Part shown: positions 17,475 through 25,570 of the stretch, one piece after another | Position numbering within the stretch: the stretch's first letter is position 1 | Layout of the letters: every line of letters begins with the position of its first letter | Assembly: GCA_002952755.1 (NCBI GenBank) | Contig: CP025011.1 | Location: 660,001-692,000 of the forward strand | Reading direction: 5' to 3' | Source: Candidatus Saccharimonadota bacterium | Lineage (GTDB): Bacteria; Patescibacteriota; Saccharimonadia; Saccharimonadales; UBA4665 | Length of the DNA stretch: 32,000 nt | Position numbers and translations under genes: made by a program | The notes under the pieces: model-generated | What the model was told of the DNA's origin: nothing | Seen by the model: only the letters and a program-made list of their open reading frames with translations | Databases searched by the model: none

Positions 17475-17885
17475 ATGCGTGCAGTCCGGTTCTCTGCTGT
17501 AGAAATGTTTGGCATTCCGCTCAAAGAGCCAGACAACCTTGACCCTCGTATTTTGCAGGGGCTCATGTCGGCATATAGTATCACGAGCCAAGAAGTGCCC
17601 GAAGACCCCACAGATATAACACCTTATTATTGGTCCGATGCACCATCTAGATATTTCTTATCGAAAGCTACACCACCAAACCTGGCAGTCGTGGAGTGGA
17701 TGCCTAAGAGGACAAACTCAACTACAAAAGTAGAAGTAATGGCCGGATCGGTGGCGATCGCCTCTTATGAAGCCCCAATACGGGCTCTCTACATCCCCAC
17801 AAATGTAGAAAATTTTGCCATAACGGGCGAAAGCCCAAGGTTTGCAGGGCAGACTTGCCTTCACGAATTAATAACCCTCATATAG
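17475..17885 (+). CDS. hypothetical protein
   Basis: 136-aa ORF. TGcTACAGT lies 8 nt upstream of the ATG. No family was recognised. Confidence 0.45.
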   Translation: MRAVRFSAVEMFGIPLKEPDNLDPRILQGLMSAYSITSQEVPEDPTDITPYYWSDAPSRYFLSKATPPNLAVVEWMPKRTNSTTKVEVMAGSVAIASYEAPIRALYIPTNVENFAITGESPRFAGQTCLHELITLI

Positions 17886-17945
17886 TATCTTCGCGCCATG
17901 AACTGTTGGCCTTTTCGTTATTAAACAGCGTACAATAGGGGCACG

Positions 17946-19025
17946 ATGCTTATAGCTATTATTATCCTTGGGGGAGTCTGTGCGGTGCTGGCCGTGCTTG
18001 TGTTGCGTAAATCCCAGGCAGTGACGACTGATCCCAATGCAGCCCTGCTCCTTAAACAAGATCTAACGCAACTAAGTCAGGATATTACTAAACTAAAGGA
18101 TGGGCTGCACGCCCAGATCACCGATCGTTTGGACAAGAATCAGGAGTTGCTGCGTGACTCGATCCAGAAGCAGTTCAGCGCCAGCTCCAAGATCGTGGCC
18201 GATGTCACTGAGCGATTGACCAAGTTGGACGAGACCAACCAGCGAGTGGTAAACGTTGCTGACGAATTAAAGACGCTGCAGAATGTACTGCAAAACCCCA
18301 AGCAGCGCGGTGTGCTCGGCGAGTACTATCTCGGCCAGGTGCTGGAAAATGTACTGCCACCCGACCGGTTCCGTTTGCAGCACAAATTCAAAGATGGCGA
18401 GATCGTGGATGCGGTCATTGAGTTCGATAAAGGTAAAATCTTGCCGGTAGACTCAAAATTTTCGCTCGAAAATTATAATCGCCTGGTAGAAGAAAAAGAT
18501 AAAACCCAGCGCGAAGTCTATGCCAAGGCTTTTAAGGCCGATCTCAAGAATCGGATCGATGAAACTAGCAAATATATCCGGCCCAACGAAGGCACTATGG
18601 ACTATGCGTTCATGTTTATTCCCAGCGAGGCGATCTATTACGATCTGCTCATTAACAAAGTAGGGGTTACTAATACCTCGGCCCGTGATCTTATTGAGTA
18701 CGCCTTCCGCGAAAAGAAGGTGATTATCGTCAGCCCTACGACCTTTATGGCGTACCTGCAAACGGTGATGCAAGGACTGCGCGCGCTGCAGATCGAAGAG
18801 CAGGCCAAGGAAATCCAACAGCGCGTTGGCGAGCTGGGGCGGCATATCGCAACCTACGAGCAACTCATGCAGAAGCTGGGCGGCAGTTTGGGAACAACGG
18901 TTAATCATTTTAATCACGCCCATAGAGAGCTAAAGAAGGTTGATAAAGACGTCGTTAAGATTGCTCGCACTGCCCCTTCGGTAGAGCCGGTGCTTTTAGA
19001 CAAACCGGCGTTCGACGAAGACTAG
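17946..19025 (+). CDS. rmuC: DNA recombination protein RmuC
   Basis: 359 aa. An N-terminal TM helix and coiled coil are followed by RGVLGEYYLGQVLENVLP...PVDSKFSLENY, typical of RmuC. Confidence 0.85.
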   Translation: MLIAIIILGGVCAVLAVLVLRKSQAVTTDPNAALLLKQDLTQLSQDITKLKDGLHAQITDRLDKNQELLRDSIQKQFSASSKIVADVTERLTKLDETNQRVVNVADELKTLQNVLQNPKQRGVLGEYYLGQVLENVLPPDRFRLQHKFKDGEIVDAVIEFDKGKILPVDSKFSLENYNRLVEEKDKTQREVYAKAFKADLKNRIDETSKYIRPNEGTMDYAFMFIPSEAIYYDLLINKVGVTNTSARDLIEYAFREKKVIIVSPTTFMAYLQTVMQGLRALQIEEQAKEIQQRVGELGRHIATYEQLMQKLGGSLGTTVNHFNHAHRELKKVDKDVVKIARTAPSVEPVLLDKPAFDED

Positions 19026-19079
19026 TTCTGCTAGAATGAGGGTGATACACGCAACAAGTTAGGCTAGAAGGAGCATCTC

Positions 19080-20444
19080 ATGGGTCCGGATATTCGTCGT
19101 TCTAATAAGGCTATGCAGCGACCGCGTCCAGTGCAGCCAGCAATACCCCCTGCGCCCGCAATGTCAGCGATCCCTCGCAGCACACCCCCGAGTGTACAGC
19201 GACCGTCAGCACGCAAACGCCATCGCTCTTTCAAGCCGCCGTTCGTTATTTTGGCTGCTCTGGTGCTGTTTGGTGTTGGTGGTCTGGTTTTTAAATCATT
19301 GCACAGCAGTAGTAAGAAGTCGGGCACTGTTTCTCAGCACACTGGCAGCAGCGCTCCGCAAATAGCGGCCTCGCCTACGACCATCAAGTTTATTGCCACA
19401 GGCGATTTTATCGCTCACGATTCGGTCAATGCCGCCGCCCTGCAACCTAACGGAAGCTATAACTACCTACCTATCATGCAGGAATTTGTACCTATTTTTA
19501 AGGATGCCGACATCAAGTTCTGCAACGACCCGATACTAAATGGCGGCAAGTCGTTTGGCATTGCCGGTTACCCTAAATTCAACTCGCCAACCGACTTTGT
19601 CACTGATATGGGAAAGTTGGGGTGTAATCTGGTAAACACCGCTTCCAATCATAGTTTCGATAAAACCCAGGATGCTATCACCGCCTCGGTGAACGCCTGG
19701 GCGGGCGTGCCGAATGTGCTAGCAGTTGCCGGTGAGAATCGCAGCCAGGCTGACCACGATGCCGTCCACTACTTTACGATCCGAGGTGTGAAGTTTGCTT
19801 TCTTGGCATATACTACCTATTCCAATAATGATGCACCTGCCCAAAATAACTACGGCGTCAATATTTTTAGCGACACCTTCGCTGCCAGTCAGATTGCTGA
19901 AGCCAAGCAACAAGGGGCACAGATTATCATTGCCAGTATGCGCTGGGGTACCGAATATTCGACAACGGTGAACGCCGAACAGAAAGTCGACGCCCAGTTC
20001 CTGGCCGACCACGGCGTGAATCTTATCTTGGGTCATGGCTCACACGAGTTACAACCGGTGGATGAATTAACCGGCAGCGACGGCAATAAGACGTTAGTGT
20101 GGTACAGCTTGGGTAATTTTATCAATACTCAGGAACCACCCGAGACATTATTTAACGGCCTGGCGGTTATGAATATTGATAGCAAGAGCAAGCAGATCAG
20201 TATTACCGGTTACCTACCCATTTACATGCACTACGAATGGACGGCAGCCCAGGCAGCTGCAGATAACACTAATGCTCGTAACCACCTGCATATGTACCTG
20301 CTAGAAGACGCTACACAAAGTATGGTCGACGCTCAGCAGCTCAAAACGACGATCGACGCCCAAAAACAACGCATAACCACTACGCTTACCGCCAATGGTG
20401 TGCACATTCCATTGCTCACTGCCAAGCAATACTACGACGAATAA
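19080..20444 (+). CDS. CapA-family (PGA_cap metallophosphatase-like) protein with an N-terminal membrane anchor
   Basis: 454 aa with an AAGGAG SD. FIATGDFIAHD, ASNHSFD and LGHGSHELQP fit the CapA family. Confidence 0.75.
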   Translation: MGPDIRRSNKAMQRPRPVQPAIPPAPAMSAIPRSTPPSVQRPSARKRHRSFKPPFVILAALVLFGVGGLVFKSLHSSSKKSGTVSQHTGSSAPQIAASPTTIKFIATGDFIAHDSVNAAALQPNGSYNYLPIMQEFVPIFKDADIKFCNDPILNGGKSFGIAGYPKFNSPTDFVTDMGKLGCNLVNTASNHSFDKTQDAITASVNAWAGVPNVLAVAGENRSQADHDAVHYFTIRGVKFAFLAYTTYSNNDAPAQNNYGVNIFSDTFAASQIAEAKQQGAQIIIASMRWGTEYSTTVNAEQKVDAQFLADHGVNLILGHGSHELQPVDELTGSDGNKTLVWYSLGNFINTQEPPETLFNGLAVMNIDSKSKQISITGYLPIYMHYEWTAAQAAADNTNARNHLHMYLLEDATQSMVDAQQLKTTIDAQKQRITTTLTANGVHIPLLTAKQYYDE

Positions 20445-21286
20445 CCCGCACCGCCAACAACACCGAAGAATTCTTCGAGCGTTTCAGTGTTTTGATTGTG
20501 CATTTCGGCCGCCAGAGGAAGCCCCACATATCGAACGTGCCACGGTTCGTAATCGTATCCTGTTACGCCTATCTTATCTTTTGGATAACGGATGATGAAG
20601 CCGTACTTGTAGGCGTTGGCAGCGATCCATTGGCCCTCGGGCGTGTCGCCAAAGCAAGCGTCTAGTTCGCATTTTCGAGTAGTTGCTTCGAGGTCTACCG
20701 CAAAGCCGCTCTGGTGCTCGGAATAGCCGGGCCGGGCACTGGTTTTGTCGGCTTCGGCTTGACCGATGCTAGCAACGTAGCCGTTATAAAGGTTGGTTTG
20801 GTAACTGAATGAACGGTAGCCGCTGGCGATCATTAGATTGAAGCCGGCAGCCTTGGCGCCGCTAAATAGCTGGGTGAGCGCGCTAGCAGTAATGGAGCGC
20901 ATTTGCATGGTTTCGTTACCAGGTACACGCTGGGGTAGGTCGGTCGCGGTTAAATCGGCGGGCGCGTAATTTTTGGGACTAAGTGGGCGTTTTTTGTTAA
21001 CGATCACCCAGATACTCGTAGGGTCGGTGAGCGAATATTGCTTTTTGTCGAAGGACGGCGTCGTGGGGGTGCTCTGCGATTGCTGAGGGGACTTGTTTAC
21101 TACAGGCGAAGCATGGCCGCCGCGATGATGGCTCTCGAAGAATACAATGAGCAACAGGGCGGTAACGAGCGCAGTAAGGGCTACCCATACTTCTTTGCGG
21201 CTCATTTTTTTATAGGTTGTACTATCCTTGCGCGGCTGTGGCGCTGACGATGGGGTGCGATAGATAGGACGGCGTTCTTGTTGCAT
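20432..21286 (-). CDS. D-alanyl-D-alanine carboxypeptidase family protein (VanY-like, peptidase M15B)
   Basis: 284 aa. SGYRSFSYQ, SEHQSGFAVDL and EPWHVRYVG form the M15B zinc-site signature. It has an N-terminal TM anchor. Its SD AAGAGG overlaps the upstream gene stop. Confidence 0.85.
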   Translation of the reverse strand: MQQERRPIYRTPSSAPQPRKDSTTYKKMSRKEVWVALTALVTALLLIVFFESHHRGGHASPVVNKSPQQSQSTPTTPSFDKKQYSLTDPTSIWVIVNKKRPLSPKNYAPADLTATDLPQRVPGNETMQMRSITASALTQLFSGAKAAGFNLMIASGYRSFSYQTNLYNGYVASIGQAEADKTSARPGYSEHQSGFAVDLEATTRKCELDACFGDTPEGQWIAANAYKYGFIIRYPKDKIGVTGYDYEPWHVRYVGLPLAAEMHNQNTETLEEFFGVVGGAGYSS

Positions 21287-21290
21287 GTAT

Positions 21291-22619
21291 TTACCTCTTG
21301 TCCGATTGTAGCAGATCTATTGAGAGGGCTGCTGTCCAGCTGAAGTCATGCGCACCGTGCCCAGAGCCATTGATAGGGTTGAAGTACTCACGGTACCCAC
21401 CCTGTTCAATCAATTCGTGCATGCCATCAACTAGGGCAGCGGCATGGTGCTTATAACCGTAGCGCTTGAGGCCGTCGATAATTAACCAGTTGGTATTAAA
21501 CCACGTTGGCCCCTGCCAATAGCCATTGGGCTGAAACCACGGCGAATTAACTGGAGTGCTTGGAACCGGATAGGGCGGTCCGAATAAATGTTCGTTTTCT
21601 AAACTTTTTATCAGCAGCGCGGCACGTTCTTTGCTGATGCAGCCGGCATACAGGGGCAGTAAGCTGGCGACGCTTGGCTCTTTAATAAGGCGATGGGTAA
21701 TGAAATCGCGCGAATAGTACGATTCTGTGTAAGGATCCCACAGCTCATCAAACGTCTTAGCGCTTAAGTGTATCCGACCCAGTAGATCGGGTGGTATCGT
21801 TGCTCTGGTACTCTTGGCGATATCAAGCAAATGTTGGTTGGCCCGGATAAAAATCGAGTTGAAGGCCAGGTCTTCGATAGCAAATAGCGAGTGATCTAAA
21901 ATATGTTGAATGTTATAGGCCTTGCGCTTCAGACGCCGTTGGGCATCGAACATTGCGAGCGCGTCGATTGTCGAGTAGCGCTTACCTCGCGGCTCTACAT
22001 GGCTATCACGCCGGAACCAGCCGACTACCGTGTCTGTTTTAGTGGCCTGGAGGGCGCGAATCCACCAAGGGAGCAGGTGATCGTGCATTTCGCCCATCCA
22101 AGGCGGGGTGTTGTCGAGGCCTGTTTCCCAGGGATGGATCTGCAGCGTAAGCCCTTCCCCATGTGGGTCGCGTTCAGTAAAAAGCCACTGGTGATAAGCG
22201 AGCAACCCGGGCCATACCTGGCGGTACCAACTGCGCCGTTCTACCACGGGCATTTTTTCTCCGACGCGTACAATTGCTTCGGCGAGCATTGGCGGCTGTG
22301 TGATGCCGCTGGTAGCTACGCCATCTGGTGCGAAGGGGCTGATTTTGCTGTACCAGAAATTCTGGTCGCGCCGATACTGGTGTCCCTTACTAAAAATAAT
22401 ATGCGGTAGCATGCCATTACTCCACTGACCGCGGAGTAGGCTCAAAATTTCCATCTTCGCCCGTTCAACGTCGTCGTGCCTGAGGCCGATGGCAATAAAG
22501 CAGCTATCCCACAGCCACTGGTGGGGATATAAGCCAGGGGCGGGCATGGTGTAGAGCCCTTTATCATTTTTTTGCAGGACGTTTCGGGCGGCAGCCAGAA
22601 GATCGTCGTTTTTGCTCAT
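21291..22619 (-). CDS. GH63-like (alpha/alpha)6-barrel glycoside hydrolase (MGH1 / glucosylglycerate-hydrolase-like)
   Basis: LYPHQWLWDSCFIAIGL, HPWETGLDNTPPW and YWQGPTWFNTNW resemble the GH63/MGH1-like family. The ATG at 22619 is preferred to the TTG at 22652. Confidence 0.7.
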   Translation of the reverse strand: MSKNDDLLAAARNVLQKNDKGLYTMPAPGLYPHQWLWDSCFIAIGLRHDDVERAKMEILSLLRGQWSNGMLPHIIFSKGHQYRRDQNFWYSKISPFAPDGVATSGITQPPMLAEAIVRVGEKMPVVERRSWYRQVWPGLLAYHQWLFTERDPHGEGLTLQIHPWETGLDNTPPWMGEMHDHLLPWWIRALQATKTDTVVGWFRRDSHVEPRGKRYSTIDALAMFDAQRRLKRKAYNIQHILDHSLFAIEDLAFNSIFIRANQHLLDIAKSTRATIPPDLLGRIHLSAKTFDELWDPYTESYYSRDFITHRLIKEPSVASLLPLYAGCISKERAALLIKSLENEHLFGPPYPVPSTPVNSPWFQPNGYWQGPTWFNTNWLIIDGLKRYGYKHHAAALVDGMHELIEQGGYREYFNPINGSGHGAHDFSWTAALSIDLLQSDKR

Positions 22620-22694
22620 GGTTATCAGTATATCGTACTCCAGGCTAGACAAAAGTACTTGACTTCTATAGTACCTTGTATAACATAGTACTGT

Positions 22695-23042
22695 ATGGAT
22701 GAAAGTTCTGAATTACTCAACCAATCGGAAACACAGATGCGTAAAGGCATGCTTACGTACTGTGTATTACTGCTGTGCAAGGATGGAAAAGTGTACAGCT
22801 CGGAGATCATCCGCGAGCTGCGCGCAGCGGAGCTGATCGTGGTGGAAGGCACCCTCTATCCGCTGCTTAGCCGCCTAGCGCGCGATAAGCTCATGGCCTA
22901 CGAGTGGCAGGAATCCGGGCAAGGCCCGCCGCGCAAATATTATTGGTTAACCGAGGACGGGCATGCGCTCCTCAAAACACTGCAGACGACCTACCACCGC
23001 CTGCATACATCGGTCCAACGACTCGAGAAAGGCAAATCATGA
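22695..23042 (+). CDS. PadR family transcriptional regulator
   Basis: 115 aa. GTLYPLLSRLARDKLMAYEWQESGQGPPRKYYWLTEDG is the PadR winged-helix signature. Confidence 0.85.
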   Translation: MDESSELLNQSETQMRKGMLTYCVLLLCKDGKVYSSEIIRELRAAELIVVEGTLYPLLSRLARDKLMAYEWQESGQGPPRKYYWLTEDGHALLKTLQTTYHRLHTSVQRLEKGKS

Positions 23043-24370
23043 ACGAAGTTACAAACATTCACCTGGGGCGTCAGTCGTTTACGATTGCTGCCGACGCATA
23101 TAAAACATTGCAGGCCTATCTGCATGAAATCAAAGGGCAGGCAGGCGATAGTGGCGCTGAAGTAGCCAAAGAAGTCGAATCGCGAATGGCTGAATTGCTT
23201 ACTGAACACGGCATCACGACGCACAAGGTAATCTTGGCCGAAGATATCACGTATCTTAAAACGCAATTGGGCGAGCCGCGTGATTTTAAGACAGATGACG
23301 GCGAGGAACTCCCGAGTTCCGAATCGAGCGAGCCACATGGCAAGCGCCTTTTCCGTGACACTGAGCACGGCATGATCGCCGGTGTGGCGGCCGGTCTTGG
23401 CGCTTTCTTTGGTTTGCCGGCAATCGTGTTCCGTTTGCTATTTATTGTACTGCTCATACCTGGCGGAACGAGTATTTTAATCTATCTACTATTATGGCTG
23501 CTCGTCCCGGAGGCGACAACGCCGAGCGACCGTCTGCGCATGCAGGGCAAAGCGGTAACTGTAGACAGCCTAAAAGAAGTGATCGACCGTGCTGATGTGC
23601 AGGGTGCCGCGCAGCGTGCGAGCAAGATTTTCGGCGGGGCCGGTGAGACCTTCGCAAAATTGCTGCTCGGGATTATCGGCGTCGGTTTTATCCTTAGCGC
23701 GTTTGCACTGCTTACTGGCGGGGCAACGGTAACGAGCTTTCTGTTGGGTCACGGCTTAAAAGTCGGCAGTACTACTATATTCCCTGTTGGCAAAAAGGAG
23801 ACGTTAATCGTCATCTGTGGCCTCATCGTAGTTGCGCTTATTGCCAGTATGTTTGCGGTGGTTGGCAAGGCGATGTTCAGCCGAAAATGGCGACTTCCCA
23901 CCTGGGCAGCAGCGGCAATGGCGCTAACGTTTATTACTGCAGCTTCTGTTGGGGTGGCGCTCGGCTTCCAGACTGCCCCGGCTTGGCAAGCGCGGTATAG
24001 GAACAGTATGCATAGCCAGCTGTACAGTACCGCTCCATTTACCGAAGCGCGCTTTATAGCTCCAGATATCCCCGTCCTCTTCCAATTCGATCAGCACTAC
24101 GGCGTCGAGATCAAAACCGCTAGCAACATCGACACCAAGACAATTACAACAAACGTCAGCAAGGGCGTCCTCATGATCGACACCAGCCACTTGGTAACAA
24201 CTGACAGATGCGGTTTCCTATGTCCTGATGGTAACCGGAACGTTGAGATTGTGATCCATTCACCTGTGCCGCTCAATAGCACCACGGGCGTCGATCCGGG
24301 GAGCCCTCTGATGTTTAGCACCACGCCAGCCGAAGAACAACCGGCCGCAAAGCCCTCTATCGGTAATTAG
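23039..24370 (+). CDS. PspC domain-containing membrane protein
   Basis: Its start overlaps the PadR stop (ATGA). The PspC domain is LFRDTEHGMIAGVAAGLGAFFGLPAIVFRLLFIVLL...LLWLLVPEA. Further TM helices follow. Confidence 0.8.
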   Translation: MNEVTNIHLGRQSFTIAADAYKTLQAYLHEIKGQAGDSGAEVAKEVESRMAELLTEHGITTHKVILAEDITYLKTQLGEPRDFKTDDGEELPSSESSEPHGKRLFRDTEHGMIAGVAAGLGAFFGLPAIVFRLLFIVLLIPGGTSILIYLLLWLLVPEATTPSDRLRMQGKAVTVDSLKEVIDRADVQGAAQRASKIFGGAGETFAKLLLGIIGVGFILSAFALLTGGATVTSFLLGHGLKVGSTTIFPVGKKETLIVICGLIVVALIASMFAVVGKAMFSRKWRLPTWAAAAMALTFITAASVGVALGFQTAPAWQARYRNSMHSQLYSTAPFTEARFIAPDIPVLFQFDQHYGVEIKTASNIDTKTITTNVSKGVLMIDTSHLVTTDRCGFLCPDGNRNVEIVIHSPVPLNSTTGVDPGSPLMFSTTPAEEQPAAKPSIGN

Positions 24371-24854
24371 TGAAGCTTAGTGGGAAGTCAAATTCCTGCG
24401 TGCGCAGCAGTTGCATGACGGCCTGAAGGTCATCTTTGCTCATGCTCATCACACGCACCGCATCACCCTGAATCTGTGATTTGACCTTCGGGTAATGGTC
24501 GCGGATCAGGGCGGTGATTTTCTTAGCCTTCTCCTGGTCTAGACCTTGCTTGAAGGGGACTTCCTTAGTGGTTTTGAGGTTCGATTCAATCTGTTCTTTA
24601 CTTGTGTCCAATACTTTTTGACTCTGATTGCGAGCAGCAAGCTTTTTGCGCACAATGTCTAAAATAGCATCGATCTGCCATTCACCATTACCGGTAATTT
24701 TGAGTCCTGTTTTGTCGCTACCCAGCCACTCGATGCCCGCTGGCGTACCTTTAAAGTCGTAGCGCGAGGTCATTTCACGCTCGGTTTGATCAAAGACGTT
24801 ATTCATCTCTGCCTTGTCATACTCGCTTACTACATCAAAAGAAAACTGTGCCAT
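24357..24854 (-). CDS. yajQ: YajQ-family nucleotide / cyclic-di-GMP-binding protein
   Basis: MAQFSFDVVSEYDKAEMNNVFDQTEREMTSRYDFKG...QIQGDAVRVMSMSKDDLQAVMQLLR aligns along its full length with the YajQ family as I recall it. The ATG at 24854 is preferred to 24899. Confidence 0.85.
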   Translation of the reverse strand: MAQFSFDVVSEYDKAEMNNVFDQTEREMTSRYDFKGTPAGIEWLGSDKTGLKITGNGEWQIDAILDIVRKKLAARNQSQKVLDTSKEQIESNLKTTKEVPFKQGLDQEKAKKITALIRDHYPKVKSQIQGDAVRVMSMSKDDLQAVMQLLRTQEFDFPLSFTNYR

Positions 24855-24861
24855 GACGTTC

Positions 24862-24870
24862 ATTATACCA
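24862..24870 (-). promoter_or_regulatory. extended -10 promoter of yajQ, predicting a leaderless mRNA
   Basis: The minus strand reads TGgTATAAT, then 7 nt (GAACGTC), then the ATG at 24854. No SD is present. Confidence 0.45.
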
Positions 24871-24983
24871 GCAACCTGTGTCATTCCACCCTCATCCACC
24901 TCACCCGGAATCCATGTCTCCCACTAAGAACGGTATCCACAAAGCTAACTCTGCAAACTAGATTTCCTTAGTATTATCCGTCC

Positions 24984-25200
24984 CCGCGATTTACGCTTCT
25001 TCCTTGTCACTTTTTGTCCCGCAAAAAGTAACCAAAAACTCCCCAAGGCAAACGTAAAACACTACTGGAAAATACCCCGCACAGCATCTTCGCTGCGGAA
25101 CTCGCCCTTGATTGGGCTCAAACAGTCCTCGCTCGTGCAGATGCTGTGCGGGGTATTTTCCAATCGGTTTTACTCCAGGCCCCGAACCCCGTCGGAGGTG
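24984..25200 (+). repeat. copy 1 of an unclassified ~215-bp structured element
   Basis: It aligns block by block with the reverse complement of 25356-25570. It contains short hairpin 25009-25029 and a long perfect 23-bp hairpin, 25067-25089 paired with 25139-25161. Confidence 0.7.
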
Positions 25201-25256
25201 GAAAATGAATAATTGTAAGCGGGTGCAGTATATATATGAGAAAAGGAATGGAATGG

Positions 25257-25278
25257 ATTCCGGCTCAGAGGCCGGAAT
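25257..25278. other. central GC-rich hairpin (possible bidirectional terminator) between the two inverted element copies
   Basis: ATTCCGGC-TCAGAG-GCCGGAAT. It belongs to the same hairpin family as 10855-10874. Confidence 0.5.
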
Positions 25279-25355
25279 GACAAAGGCATAGCTTAAAGAA
25301 ATAGATCCTTATTTCCTTCTATCCTACATATTTACTGGATACCTCCCAACCGCAG

Positions 25356-25570
25356 CCCCACCTCTCCGAGTAGTTCGGCCGTAATGGAAAACTGATTAGC
25401 AGAAGGAACTAACATACTGGATAAAGACGAGGACTGTTTGAGCGTAGCGAGTTCCGCAGGCTCAGTATGTTAGTTCCTTTTGCTAGTAATGTTTTTCATT
25501 TTAGGCCGAGAGGTTTTTCGGTTCCTTTTTTGCGGGAAAAAAGGAACATTACAAGGATTACAATTCGCGG
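25356..25570 (-). repeat. copy 2 (inverted) of the unclassified structured element
   Basis: It contains short hairpin 25521-25547 and a long perfect 17-bp hairpin, 25403-25419 paired with 25463-25479. The stem extends to 25 bp if two G-T pairs are allowed. The loop blocks are identical to those of copy 1. Confidence 0.7.

Noticed and set aside
24933-24941. A DnaA-box-like 9-mer (GTATCCACA), plus a few weaker TTATCC-like strings in the large yajQ-pheS gap, which might suggest oriC.
   Set aside because: There is only one 8/9 match, no cluster, no AT-rich unwinding element, and no dnaA or dnaN nearby.
25205-25291. 28-codon ORF with a GGAGG SD running through the central hairpin, and a 26-codon counterpart at 10850-10930 that shares SGSEAGM.
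   Set aside because: The shared peptide is a by-product of the shared hairpin nucleotides. The flanking residues are unrelated, the typA-flank copy has no SD, and the inverted element copy has no equivalent ORF.
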